Position numbers and translations under genes: made by a program
NCBI GenBank assembly: GCA_965237415.1
Contig: CBDEFM010000002.1
Location: forward strand, 3,648,001-3,712,000
DNA: 64,000 bases
Source of the DNA: Alphaproteobacteria bacterium
GTDB lineage: Bacteria > Pseudomonadota > Alphaproteobacteria > UBA828
Direction: 5' to 3'
Part shown: piece by piece, positions 19,501 to 29,814 of the stretch
How the letters are laid out: each line of letters starts with the position of its first letter
How positions within the stretch are numbered: the stretch's first letter is position 1
Notes under the pieces: generated by a model
What the model was told of the DNA's origin: nothing
What the model saw: the letters and a program-made list of their open reading frames with translations, nothing else
Database searches by the model: none

Positions 19501-20605
19501 GGCCCCACAGCGTGCGGAAACCGGAAACGTGCACGTCGCCGTAACCGCGGTCGTAGTCCGCCGGGGTGCCGGCATCGTTCGCGTTGCTGCTGTCGAAGAT
19601 ATAGAAGGGTACGTTGAGCTCGGGCGGCTCGGCCAACCCGCACAGCGTACGCATGTGCGAATCGAGAATCCCGCGTGCGATCCAGCCGAGCGACTCGCCC
19701 ACATCCATTTCCACCTCTCCCTGCTGGATCAGGTCGATGACGAAGGGCGTGCCGTTGAACGTCGCGATATTAACCAGGCCCGTCTTGCCGGCTATGCGGA
19801 CGGCCGGTACGACAAACTGCGACATCGAGTCGTAGATCGGGATGAGGTAGTTGACGTCCGGGTTCGCGAGAAGCGCAGCCTGGACGCTTGGCTGAATCTT
19901 GGTCGCCCATTCGGGAACCGGCGCATTGATGTAGGCCACTTCCTGACAGTCCGGGCAATTCGCCTGCAGCGTATCGCGGATACCCTGGACGAAGGGCGCC
20001 GTCGGAACGATCTCGTCAGAACCGATGATGACGACGTTGGCCTTGCCGTCGGTCTGGGTGATGGCCCAATTCGCGAGGATCTGACCGACCCCGTAGAAGC
20101 TCAGCGGCACGGCACCGTCGACACTCTCGTGCGGTGTCTGGGTCAGGTCGTAGAAGTGCGACGTCTTGACGACGATACCGGCGTTCTTCGCGGCATCGAT
20201 CTGCGGCACGATCACACGAGGATCGACGCCGCCGAGCAGGTCGATCAGATCGAAACCTTCGTTGATCGCGAAGTTGATACCCTGCACCCATTGCGAGGGC
20301 TGCGCCTGGTTTTCCCACTCGGTCACGTCGACGCCGGCTTCCTTGCCGGCTTCGATCATTGCCAGGGCGATGTTCTTGGTGAACGGGTTCGCGCTGGAGA
20401 CCGGAACGGTCAGGATGCGCTTGCCGGCCGCACAGGATTTCGCGTCGAACGCCGGTCCCGGGGCTGAGAACACCGGCTTGGCGCGGTGGTCCTGGATCAT
20501 CTGACGCGCGGCATCCAGGTCTTGGGCCTGGGCCCCGCTCAGCAGAGCCGTCGTCGCGACGGCGGCCACGGCAGCGGCCATGGTCTTCGCATACAATCGT
20601 TTCAT
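19493..20605 (-). CDS. Sugar ABC transporter substrate-binding protein
   Basis: Signal peptide MKRLYAKT...AQA, NPF motif, GGGAGG RBS; operon context. Confidence 0.88.
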   Translation of the reverse strand: MKRLYAKTMAAAVAAVATTALLSGAQAQDLDAARQMIQDHRAKPVFSAPGPAFDAKSCAAGKRILTVPVSSANPFTKNIALAMIEAGKEAGVDVTEWENQAQPSQWVQGINFAINEGFDLIDLLGGVDPRVIVPQIDAAKNAGIVVKTSHFYDLTQTPHESVDGAVPLSFYGVGQILANWAITQTDGKANVVIIGSDEIVPTAPFVQGIRDTLQANCPDCQEVAYINAPVPEWATKIQPSVQAALLANPDVNYLIPIYDSMSQFVVPAVRIAGKTGLVNIATFNGTPFVIDLIQQGEVEMDVGESLGWIARGILDSHMRTLCGLAEPPELNVPFYIFDSSNANDAGTPADYDRGYGDVHVSGFRTLWGLE

Positions 20606-20879
20606 TTGGGTCCTCCCTTGATGCGCCCTTGAAGGGTCGTTCTCGGCCGGCGTCACCGACCGGATTCCGTAGACTATCATTCGCGGGGGACATCAGACTA
20701 CGCTGACCATCAGACTGGCCTAATGACACCGATTCGGAGAAGGCGATGGTGGCCACGTCGGGGCGGACGCATGACCCTCTGCCTGCCAGCAAGAAATATT
20801 TTCTCGGGCCCCCTGCAAGGGCTGGGTGGCATCGCCAAATCGCCTGCGCTGGCACTCTCCATCAGAGAGCGCCAATTCT

Positions 20880-21365
20880 CTAACCCCTTGTCAGAGCCAG
20901 CCGGCCGACATGAGCCGGTCCCTTGGGCGCAATCACGCCGAACTCCGCCAAGTGGCTCCGCGGCGCATTAATCGTCTGCGTGCGCGGGCGCACCAGAAGA
21001 TCGCGCGCGCGGAATAGCATCGCCTGGGCCTGCTGATCCTGCGTCTTCACCGCCACGAAGCGTTTCGTCGGCCGCTGCGCGTCCTCGCAGATTGCTTCCG
21101 CGTCAGCCGCGTCGTTCTTCTGTCGCTTCACGAACGGCTTGACGTAGATCGGCGGGACCAACCTCACATCATAGCCAAGCTCCTGGAGCTCCCGGCCCCA
21201 GTGGTGTGCACTCGCGCACGCCTCCATCGCCACCACACACCGGGGCTGCGAAACCAGAAAGCCTACAAGCTTCTCCCGGCTTAGCTTCTTGCGGAACGCA
21301 ACCGATCCGTCCGTCCGAGACCCGCGCAACTGAAAGCTGCGCTTCGCCAAGTCGATCCCATCAAC
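20880..21365 (-). pseudogene. IS110 transposase N-terminal fragment
   Basis: GIDLAK, MEAC, KNDAADA; no ends visible. Confidence 0.9.
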
Positions 21366-21372
21366 ACTCGGG

Positions 21373-22611
21373 TTAGTGAGCCGGCCGTGCCTCAGCGAGG
21401 CTCGGGGTTCCGCGCTTGCGGCCGTTTCCGGCACCCTTCCCCCGCGGGCGACCTCGCGCGGCGCGGAAGGGTGCCGGGGCGGGGTCGTCCCCGATCACGG
21501 TCAGCCGTTGCCGGATCAGACGCTCGATCTGGCCGAGCGACTCCCGCTCGCCCGCATCGCAGAACGAATAGGCGATGCCGTCGGCGCCGGCCCGCGCCGT
21601 GCGCCCGATGCGGTGGACATAGCTTTCCGGAACGTTCGGCAGCTCGTAGTTGATGACGTGGCTGATATCGTCGACGTCGATGCCGCGCGCCGCGATATCG
21701 GTCGCGACCAGGACGCGGGCCTCGCCCCGCCGGAAACGTTCGAGGGCCCGCTGCCGAGCGCCCTGGGACTTGTTGCCGTGCATCGCCTCGGCGGCGACAC
21801 CGCCCTTCTCCAGCTGAGCCGCCACCCGGTTGGCGCGATGCTTGGTGCGGGCGAAGACCAGCACCCGCGAGAGCGCCGGGTCATCCAGGATATCGGCCAG
21901 CAGGCGCCGCTTGCCCTCGGACGAGACGTGGAAGACGCATTGCTGGATCCGCTCCACCGGCGTCGCCTGCGGCGTCACCGCGACCCGGACGGGATCGCGA
22001 AGGAAGTCGCTCGCCAGACGCGCCACATCGCGCGGCATGGTGGCCGAGAACAGCAACGACTGCCGCGCCGCCGGCAGGGCCGCGAGGATGCGGCGCACAT
22101 CGCGAACGAAGCCCATGTCGAGCATGCGGTCCGCCTCGTCGAGGACGAGATGCTCGACCCGGTGGAGGTTGACGCGGCGCTGTCCCATCAGGTCCAGCAG
22201 GCGCCCGGGCGTGGCGACGAGGATGTCGACGCCTCGCACCAGCGCATCGACCTGGGGCCTCTGGCCGACGCCGCCATAGATGACGGCAAGCCGTAGCTGC
22301 AGATGGGTGCCATAGGCGCGGAACTCGTCGGCGATCTGGATCGCCAGTTCCCGCGTCGGCGCGAGGACGAGGGCGCGCGGTGCGCGACCGCGACCGCCGC
22401 TATTCGCGCCGGCGAGCCGGTGCAGGATCGGCAACGCGAAGGCCGCCGTCTTGCCGGTGCCGGTCTGGGCGATGGCGAGAACGTCTCGCCCGGCCATAAC
22501 CTCCGGGATTGCCTGCGCCTGGATCGGCGTCGGTGTTGTGTGTTCGCGCTCGGCCAGCGCGCGTTGCAGGGTCTCGGCCAAGCCGAGTTCGGAAAACAGT
22601 TGCTTGGTCAC
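21373..22611 (-). CDS. rhlE: DEAD-box RNA helicase (RhlE-like); C-terminal tail possibly clipped
   Basis: Q motif, [29 protein letters not shown]. Confidence 0.85.
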   Translation of the reverse strand: MTKQLFSELGLAETLQRALAEREHTTPTPIQAQAIPEVMAGRDVLAIAQTGTGKTAAFALPILHRLAGANSGGRGRAPRALVLAPTRELAIQIADEFRAYGTHLQLRLAVIYGGVGQRPQVDALVRGVDILVATPGRLLDLMGQRRVNLHRVEHLVLDEADRMLDMGFVRDVRRILAALPAARQSLLFSATMPRDVARLASDFLRDPVRVAVTPQATPVERIQQCVFHVSSEGKRRLLADILDDPALSRVLVFARTKHRANRVAAQLEKGGVAAEAMHGNKSQGARQRALERFRRGEARVLVATDIAARGIDVDDISHVINYELPNVPESYVHRIGRTARAGADGIAYSFCDAGERESLGQIERLIRQRLTVIGDDPAPAPFRAARGRPRGKGAGNGRKRGTPSLAEARPAH

Positions 22612-22984
22612 ATTGATCCTTGACTGCCCGGCGCGGTCCGTATTGTCGGGACGGCTGGTCTCGGGCGCATATGCCAGCCGCGGGAGCGGCCGGAACGGGT
22701 GGAGTTGCTTGTTTCCGGGTCTGAAGCGACGCAAGCTCGTTGCGTCGCGGGCCCGGAAAATGATTTACACGGGCTACATGTGCTCTCGGGCCGGCAATGT
22801 CAATGCCCGCCACCGCCTACGCCAACTTTACGGAGCCGGCACAGGTCCGGAACATGGAACTCGGCCATCTGGTCGACGCCTCGGCCGTGGCGGCCGGATT
22901 GAGGAACAATTCCGCTCCCCGATACGGGAAGGACGTAAGCGTTCGGCGGCCGGGGGATCGAAGGGACGAGGGCGGCATTTGCAC

Positions 22985-23025
22985 TGGTAACGATTCCGGC
23001 CATGCGCTACCGTCGAGCGCATGGC
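22985..23025 (+). promoter_or_regulatory. Candidate leaderless promoter with a stem-loop sequestering the transposase ATG
   Basis: TGGTAA-17 bp-TACCGT-7 bp-ATG; 10-bp stem 22999-23008/23016-23025; identical spacing in the diverged copy at ~52805-52850. Confidence 0.55.
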
Positions 23026-25411
23026 GATTCGCGAGGATTTTGGCGCAGCTCTGACGCTGGTTGATGGCGGCGATGGGACTTGGTCGCCTGTCGAGGCGGC
23101 GCCGGCGCACGCGCGGCGCGATTGGCAGCCCCTATACGAGCAAGAACGTGCGCGGGCGGAGGCGGCCGAAGCGCGCTGTGAGGAGCTGCGCCGGGCGGAG
23201 TTGGCCTCTCGTTCCCGGGCCGGTTCGCTGAAGTCGCAGCTCGACGCCAGCCGGAACAAGCTGAAGGCGGCCGCGGAGGAGATCAGGGAAGTCCGCCGCA
23301 CGGCGAAGAACGCCCTTGCCTTGCAGGCCGAAGTGACGCGCCTGGAGAAGCTCCTTTCGGAAGCCGGCGTCGAATCGAGCAAGCGCAGCACGATCATGTC
23401 CCTGCGCAAGGAGGTCGCTCGGCTGCGTGCGGCCGTGCCGGCGTCGGAGGCCTGTCGGCCGCGCGGGGCTCGGAGGCGATCGCGGAACCCCGAGGAGACG
23501 ATCGCGTCGCTGCGCGAGGAGAACGCCCGGCTGAAGAAGGAGGTGCGTGCGGCGAAGGACCTGGAGGGCAGGGTCAAGTTCCTGGACCGCGAGATCGACA
23601 ATCACCGCTCCTGGCTGCGGGGGTCGCACGACCACATTCAGCGGCTCGAGGCCCGGCATCGCGACGAGATCGATTGGTTGAAGAAGGACATGGCCTGGAT
23701 GCGCGCGGCGTTCGTTGGGGCAGCGGACGATCGCAACCGCACGATCGCGTCGCTGCGCAAGCAACTCGACCGGCGGCGCGCGGCGGCCGTGCGGTTGGTG
23801 GAGGCCCGGGAGCGCACGATCGCCTGGCTGCGCGAGCGGAACGAGCGGCTGCGGGCGGCGACCGTGCGGGCCACGGACATGATCGTGTCGCTGCGCGAGA
23901 AGATCGCTGGGCTGCGCGCCCAGGTGCGGGCTTTGGAGGTCGAGAAGAAGGCGCTGGTGTCCCGCGTCGAGACGCTGGAAGCCCAGCTTGCGAAGCTCCG
24001 CGCGAGCCGGGCCGTGCTGTCGAAGTCGCTGTTCGGGAGAAAGAGCGAGCGGCAGAAGAAACCGCGCTCCGGGCGCAAGCGCGGTCAGCAGCGTGGCGCT
24101 CCCGGCCATGGCCGCACGCAGCGGCCCGGGCTCGAGGAGCGCACTGAAGAGCATAACCCGCCCGAGGATGCGTGCGTCTGTTCCTGTTGCGGGAAGCCCT
24201 ATGCTGCCAACGGCGAGCGTTCCACGACCATCGTCGAGATCGAGGTCAAGGCCCACATGCGCAGAATCGTCCGGCCCCGCTGGCGCCGGAGTTGCGACTG
24301 CCCATCGTCGCCGCTGGAAGTGACGGCACCCCCGGTGCCGCGCCTGTTCGACAACACGCCCTACGGCATCAGCGTGTGGGTGTGCATCTTCTTCGAGCGC
24401 TTTGCCTGCTACCGCCCGCTCAAGCGGGTCGCAGCATGGCTGGCGAATATGGGGCTGCCGATCTCGCCGGGGACGCTGGCCGACAGTGTGAAGCGCTCCG
24501 TGCCGCTGTTCGAGCCCGTGGCCGAGGCGATCCTCGCGCACCAGAACAAGGCGGCGGTGCGCCATGCAGACGAGACCACATGGCGTGTGCAGGCGCTTCG
24601 CGAGAAGGGCCGCTCCAGCCGAGCCTGGCTCTGGACCTCGGTCAGCGCCGACGCGGTCTACTTCCACATCGATCCCTCGCGCTCAGCCGAGGTCGCGAAG
24701 GCCCTGTTCGGCGGCGTCATCGGTGTCGTGTTCCTGGTCTGCGACCGCCTCTCGACCTACAAGAGGCTGGCCCGAGAGCTCGACGGCAAGGTGATCCTCC
24801 AGTGGTGTTGGGCGCACCAGCGCAGATCGTTTATCGACTGTGCCGCCGGCCACGTGCGGCTCACCCGCTGGTGCCAGGGATGGATCGAGCGGATCGCAGC
24901 GATCTACCGGCTGAACGATGCGCGGCTGGAGCATTACGACCCCGCTCTCGAACGCCAGACACCAGAGTTCGACGCGGCGCAGGGCGAGCTGAACAAGGCG
25001 GTCGACGACCTGTTCGCGGACACCGAAGCGGAACTGGCCGGCCTGTCGGCCAAGGCGCTCAGGGCCAAGCCGCTGCGCTCGCTGCTCAACCACCGCGAGG
25101 GGCTGAGCGTCTTCGTCGATCACCCGCAGGTGCCGCCCGATAACAACCGCGCCGAGCTTGCCCTCAGGAGTGCGGTCATAGGACGACAGCTCTCGTTCGG
25201 TTCCGACAGCGAGACCGGCGCCAGGTTCACGGCCATGATGTACTCGGTGGCGGGCACGCTCGCCATGAACGGCATCGATGTTCGGCGCTGGCTCGAGGAA
25301 TGGCTGTCAGCGTGCGCGAAAAATGGCGGAAAACCGCCGGACGACCTGTCGCCCTGGCTGCCATGGTCGATGAGCGAGGGCCGCAGGCGTGCTCTCGCGG
25401 CGCCGGGATGA
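23021..25411 (+). CDS. IS66 family transposase with long coiled-coil N-terminus
   Basis: LFGRKSER, CSCCG zinc finger, ADET, CD...Y, CWAHQRR, DNNRAELALR. Confidence 0.93.
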   Translation: MAIREDFGAALTLVDGGDGTWSPVEAAPAHARRDWQPLYEQERARAEAAEARCEELRRAELASRSRAGSLKSQLDASRNKLKAAAEEIREVRRTAKNALALQAEVTRLEKLLSEAGVESSKRSTIMSLRKEVARLRAAVPASEACRPRGARRRSRNPEETIASLREENARLKKEVRAAKDLEGRVKFLDREIDNHRSWLRGSHDHIQRLEARHRDEIDWLKKDMAWMRAAFVGAADDRNRTIASLRKQLDRRRAAAVRLVEARERTIAWLRERNERLRAATVRATDMIVSLREKIAGLRAQVRALEVEKKALVSRVETLEAQLAKLRASRAVLSKSLFGRKSERQKKPRSGRKRGQQRGAPGHGRTQRPGLEERTEEHNPPEDACVCSCCGKPYAANGERSTTIVEIEVKAHMRRIVRPRWRRSCDCPSSPLEVTAPPVPRLFDNTPYGISVWVCIFFERFACYRPLKRVAAWLANMGLPISPGTLADSVKRSVPLFEPVAEAILAHQNKAAVRHADETTWRVQALREKGRSSRAWLWTSVSADAVYFHIDPSRSAEVAKALFGGVIGVVFLVCDRLSTYKRLARELDGKVILQWCWAHQRRSFIDCAAGHVRLTRWCQGWIERIAAIYRLNDARLEHYDPALERQTPEFDAAQGELNKAVDDLFADTEAELAGLSAKALRAKPLRSLLNHREGLSVFVDHPQVPPDNNRAELALRSAVIGRQLSFGSDSETGARFTAMMYSVAGTLAMNGIDVRRWLEEWLSACAKNGGKPPDDLSPWLPWSMSEGRRRALAAPG

Positions 25412-26289
25412 CCGGCGAGATCGAGTGCCGCTATTACGGGCGCGAGTTCACCGCCGAAGAGATGGCGCTTCTGCGCGTCCTGGTGGCCGGTCCCGCGCGG
25501 CTCACCCGCCATGCCCTGTCGAAGGAGTTTTGCCGGCACATCGGCTGGTTCAGGCCCGACGGCGGGCTCAAGGACATGATGGCCAGGGTCACCATGCTGG
25601 CCATGCACAGGGACGGCCTGATCACCCTGCCGCCGCCCAGGTGGCAGCAGGGCCAGCAAAAGCCGATTGTCTTCGGGCCTGACACCGAAACGCCGCTGTT
25701 CCCGGCGCCGACAACCCTCGACGAAGTCCGCCCGCTCGAACTGCGCACCGTCGTGCGCGGCACCCGCGAGGGCAAGCTGTGGAACGAGTTCATCGCCCGC
25801 TACCACTATCTCGGCTACAAGACCCTGGTCGGCGCCCAGATGCGCTACGCCGTCCACGACCGAAACGGCTGGCCGCTCGCCATGCTCGGCTTCAGCACCG
25901 CGGCCTGGAAGCTCGCGCCGCGCGACAGCTTCATCGGATGGACACAACAGAAGCGCGAGAAGAACCTCCCCCTCGTGGTCGACAACCCGAGGTTCCTGAT
26001 CCTGCCCTGGATCAAGATCCCCAATCTCGGCTCGCACATTCTCGCCATCGTCCGCCGCCGCCTGCCCGAGGACTGGACCGAGCGCTACAACACCACCCCC
26101 GTGCTCATCGAGACCTTCGTCCAGACCCCGCGCTTCACCGGCGCTGTCTACAAGGCCTCCGGCTGGATCCGTGTCGGAACCACCCAGGGACGCGGCCGCT
26201 ACGACAGGTACAGCAAACGCGACCAGCCGAAGAAGGACATCTGGCTCCGGCCTCTCCGGAGGGATTGGAAGCGAACCCTCAATCGGTAA
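25408..26289 (+). CDS. DUF4338 / DruA-like protein
   Basis: YHYLG, RDSFIGW, NPRFLILPW, IETFV, GAVYKASGW motifs; ATGA overlap with the transposase stop. Confidence 0.85.
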   Translation: MTGEIECRYYGREFTAEEMALLRVLVAGPARLTRHALSKEFCRHIGWFRPDGGLKDMMARVTMLAMHRDGLITLPPPRWQQGQQKPIVFGPDTETPLFPAPTTLDEVRPLELRTVVRGTREGKLWNEFIARYHYLGYKTLVGAQMRYAVHDRNGWPLAMLGFSTAAWKLAPRDSFIGWTQQKREKNLPLVVDNPRFLILPWIKIPNLGSHILAIVRRRLPEDWTERYNTTPVLIETFVQTPRFTGAVYKASGWIRVGTTQGRGRYDRYSKRDQPKKDIWLRPLRRDWKRTLNR

Positions 26290-26417
26290 AATCCCCCGGC
26301 CGCCGAACGCTTACGGAAGGACACCTCGAACGTAAGCGTTCGGCGGCCGGGGGATCGAAGGGACGAGGGCGGCATTTGCACTGGTAACGATTCCGGCCAT
26401 GCGCTACCGTCGAGCGC

Positions 26418-28808
26418 ATGGCGATTCGCGAGGATTTTGGCGCAGCTCTGACGCTGGTTGATGGCGGCGATGGGACTTGGTCGCCTGTCGAGGCGGCGCC
26501 GGCGCACGCGCGGCGCGATTGGCAGCCCCTATACGAGCAAGAACGTGCGCGGGCGGAGGCGGCCGAAGCGCGCTGTGAGGAGCTGCGCCGGGCGGAGTTG
26601 GCCTCTCGTTCCCGGGCCGGTTCGCTGAAGTCGCAGCTCGACGCCAGCCGGAACAAGCTGAAGGCGGCCGCGGAGGAGATCAGGGAAGTCCGCCGCACGG
26701 CGAAGAACGCCCTTGCCTTGCAGGCCGAAGTGACGCGCCTGGAGAAGCTCCTTTCGGAAGCCGGCGTCGAATCGAGCAAGCGCAGCACGATCATGTCCCT
26801 GCGCAAGGAGGTCGCTCGGCTGCGTGCGGCCGTGCCGGCGTCGGAGGCCTGTCGGCCGCGCGGGGCTCGGAGGCGATCGCGGAACCCCGAGGAGACGATC
26901 GCGTCGCTGCGCGAGGAGAACGCCCGGCTGAAGAAGGAGGTGCGTGCGGCGAAGGACCTGGAGGGCAGGGTCAAGTTCCTGGACCGCGAGATCGACAATC
27001 ACCGCTCCTGGCTGCGGGGGTCGCACGACCACATTCAGCGGCTCGAGGCCCGGCATCGCGACGAGATCGATTGGTTGAAGAAGGACATGGCCTGGATGCG
27101 CGCGGCGTTCGTTGGGGCAGCGGACGATCGCAACCGCACGATCGCGTCGCTGCGCAAGCAACTCGACCGGCGGCGCGCGGCGGCCGTGCGGTTGGTGGAG
27201 GCCCGGGAGCGCACGATCGCCTGGCTGCGCGAGCGGAACGAGCGGCTGCGGGCGGCGACCGTGCGGGCCACGGACATGATCGTGTCGCTGCGCGAGAAGA
27301 TCGCTGGGCTGCGCGCCCAGGTGCGGGCTTTGGAGGTCGAGAAGAAGGCGCTGGTGTCCCGCGTCGAGACGCTGGAAGCCCAGCTTGCGAAGCTCCGCGC
27401 GAGCCGGGCCGTGCTGTCGAAGTCGCTGTTCGGGAGAAAGAGCGAGCGGCAGAAGAAACCGCGCTCCGGGCGCAAGCGCGGTCAGCAGCGTGGCGCTCCC
27501 GGCCATGGCCGCACGCAGCGGCCCGGGCTCGAGGAGCGCACTGAAGAGCATAACCCGCCCGAGGATGCGTGCGTCTGTTCCTGTTGCGGGAAGCCCTATG
27601 CTGCCAACGGCGAGCGTTCCACGACCATCGTCGAGATCGAGGTCAAGGCCCACATGCGCAGAATCGTCCGGCCCCGCTGGCGCCGGAGTTGCGACTGCCC
27701 ATCGTCGCCGCTGGAAGTGACGGCACCCCCGGTGCCGCGCCTGTTCGACAACACGCCCTACGGCATCAGCGTGTGGGTGTGCATCTTCTTCGAGCGCTTT
27801 GCCTGCTACCGCCCGCTCAAGCGGGTCGCAGCATGGCTGGCGAATATGGGGCTGCCGATCTCGCCGGGGACGCTGGCCGACAGTGTGAAGCGCTCCGTGC
27901 CGCTGTTCGAGCCCGTGGCCGAGGCGATCCTCGCGCACCAGAACAAGGCGGCGGTGCGCCATGCAGACGAGACCACATGGCGTGTGCAGGCGCTTCGCGA
28001 GAAGGGCCGCTCCAGCCGAGCCTGGCTCTGGACCTCGGTCAGCGCCGACGCGGTCTACTTCCACATCGATCCCTCGCGCTCAGCCGAGGTCGCGAAGGCC
28101 CTGTTCGGCGGCGTCATCGGTGTCGTGTTCCTGGTCTGCGACCGCCTCTCGACCTACAAGAGGCTGGCCCGAGAGCTCGACGGCAAGGTGATCCTCCAGT
28201 GGTGTTGGGCGCACCAGCGCAGATCGTTTATCGACTGTGCCGCCGGCCACGTGCGGCTCACCCGCTGGTGCCAGGGATGGATCGAGCGGATCGCAGCGAT
28301 CTACCGGCTGAACGATGCGCGGCTGGAGCATTACGACCCCGCTCTCGAACGCCAGACACCAGAGTTCGACGCGGCGCAGGGCGAGCTGAACAAGGCGGTC
28401 GACGACCTGTTCGCGGACACCGAAGCGGAACTGGCCGGCCTGTCGGCCAAGGCGCTCAGGGCCAAGCCGCTGCGCTCGCTGCTCAACCACCGCGAGGGGC
28501 TGAGCGTCTTCGTCGATCACCCGCAGGTGCCGCCCGATAACAACCGCGCCGAGCTTGCCCTCAGGAGTGCGGTCATAGGACGACAGCTCTCGTTCGGTTC
28601 CGACAGCGAGACCGGCGCCAGGTTCACGGCCATGATGTACTCGGTGGCGGGCACGCTCGCCATGAACGGCATCGATGTTCGGCGCTGGCTCGAGGAATGG
28701 CTGTCAGCGTGCGCGAAAAATGGCGGAAAACCGCCGGACGACCTGTCGCCCTGGCTGCCATGGTCGATGAGCGAGGGCCGCAGGCGTGCTCTCGCGGCGC
28801 CGGGATGA
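26418..28808 (+). CDS. IS66 family transposase (copy 2)
   Basis: Same translation as 23021-25411. Confidence 0.93.
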   Translation: MAIREDFGAALTLVDGGDGTWSPVEAAPAHARRDWQPLYEQERARAEAAEARCEELRRAELASRSRAGSLKSQLDASRNKLKAAAEEIREVRRTAKNALALQAEVTRLEKLLSEAGVESSKRSTIMSLRKEVARLRAAVPASEACRPRGARRRSRNPEETIASLREENARLKKEVRAAKDLEGRVKFLDREIDNHRSWLRGSHDHIQRLEARHRDEIDWLKKDMAWMRAAFVGAADDRNRTIASLRKQLDRRRAAAVRLVEARERTIAWLRERNERLRAATVRATDMIVSLREKIAGLRAQVRALEVEKKALVSRVETLEAQLAKLRASRAVLSKSLFGRKSERQKKPRSGRKRGQQRGAPGHGRTQRPGLEERTEEHNPPEDACVCSCCGKPYAANGERSTTIVEIEVKAHMRRIVRPRWRRSCDCPSSPLEVTAPPVPRLFDNTPYGISVWVCIFFERFACYRPLKRVAAWLANMGLPISPGTLADSVKRSVPLFEPVAEAILAHQNKAAVRHADETTWRVQALREKGRSSRAWLWTSVSADAVYFHIDPSRSAEVAKALFGGVIGVVFLVCDRLSTYKRLARELDGKVILQWCWAHQRRSFIDCAAGHVRLTRWCQGWIERIAAIYRLNDARLEHYDPALERQTPEFDAAQGELNKAVDDLFADTEAELAGLSAKALRAKPLRSLLNHREGLSVFVDHPQVPPDNNRAELALRSAVIGRQLSFGSDSETGARFTAMMYSVAGTLAMNGIDVRRWLEEWLSACAKNGGKPPDDLSPWLPWSMSEGRRRALAAPG

Positions 28809-29686
28809 CCGGCGAGATCGAGTGCCGCTATTACGGGCGCGAGTTCACCGCCGAAGAGATGGCGCTTCTGCGCGTCCTGGTGGCCGGTCCCGCGCGGCTC
28901 ACCCGCCATGCCCTGTCGAAGGAGTTTTGCCGGCACATCGGCTGGTTCAGGCCCGACGGCGGGCTCAAGGACATGATGGCCAGGGTCACCATGCTGGCCA
29001 TGCACAGGGACGGCCTGATCACCCTGCCGCCGCCCAGGTGGCAGCAGGGCCAGCAAAAGCCGATTGTCTTCGGGCCTGACACCGAAACGCCGCTGTTCCC
29101 GGCGCCGACAACCCTCGACGAAGTCCGCCCGCTCGAACTGCGCACCGTCGTGCGCGGCACCCGCGAGGGCAAGCTGTGGAACGAGTTCATCGCCCGCTAC
29201 CACTATCTCGGCTACAAGACCCTGGTCGGCGCCCAGATGCGCTACGCCGTCCACGACCGAAACGGCTGGCCGCTCGCCATGCTCGGCTTCAGCACCGCGG
29301 CCTGGAAGCTCGCGCCGCGCGACAGCTTCATCGGATGGACACAACAGAAGCGCGAGAAGAACCTCCCCCTCGTGGTCGACAACCCGAGGTTCCTGATCCT
29401 GCCCTGGATCAAGATCCCCAATCTCGGCTCGCACATTCTCGCCATCGTCCGCCGCCGCCTGCCCGAGGACTGGACCGAGCGCTACAACACCACCCCCGTG
29501 CTCATCGAGACCTTCGTCCAGACCCCGCGCTTCACCGGCGCTGTCTACAAGGCCTCCGGCTGGATCCGTGTCGGAACCACCCAGGGACGCGGCCGCTACG
29601 ACAGGTACAGCAAACGCGACCAGCCGAAGAAGGACATCTGGCTCCGGCCTCTCCGGAGGGATTGGAAGCGAACCCTCAATCGGTAA
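28805..29686 (+). CDS. DUF4338 / DruA-like protein (copy 2)
   Basis: Same translation as 25408-26289. Confidence 0.85.
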   Translation: MTGEIECRYYGREFTAEEMALLRVLVAGPARLTRHALSKEFCRHIGWFRPDGGLKDMMARVTMLAMHRDGLITLPPPRWQQGQQKPIVFGPDTETPLFPAPTTLDEVRPLELRTVVRGTREGKLWNEFIARYHYLGYKTLVGAQMRYAVHDRNGWPLAMLGFSTAAWKLAPRDSFIGWTQQKREKNLPLVVDNPRFLILPWIKIPNLGSHILAIVRRRLPEDWTERYNTTPVLIETFVQTPRFTGAVYKASGWIRVGTTQGRGRYDRYSKRDQPKKDIWLRPLRRDWKRTLNR

Positions 29687-29814
29687 AATCCCCCGGCCGC
29701 CGAACGCTTACGGAAGGACACCTCGAACGTAAGCGTTCGGCGGCCGGGGGATCGAAGGGACGAGGGCGGCATTTGCACTGGTAACGATTCCGGCCATGCG
29801 CTACCGTCGAGCGC

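Larger units (their letters stand above)
22935..26314 (+). mobile_element. IS66-like two-gene transposon, copy 1 (3380 bp)
   Basis: Perfect 24-bp IR GTAAGCGTTCGGCGGCCGGGGGAT; 8-bp TSD GGAAGGAC. Confidence 0.95.
26332..29711 (+). mobile_element. IS66-like two-gene transposon, copy 2
   Basis: Offset +3397 from copy 1; non-matching flanks CCTCGAAC / GGAAGGAC. Confidence 0.93.

Noticed and set aside
26315-26331. 17-bp inter-copy spacer as an acquired CRISPR-like spacer
   Set aside because: Fully explained by two 8-bp TSDs plus one base of the original target
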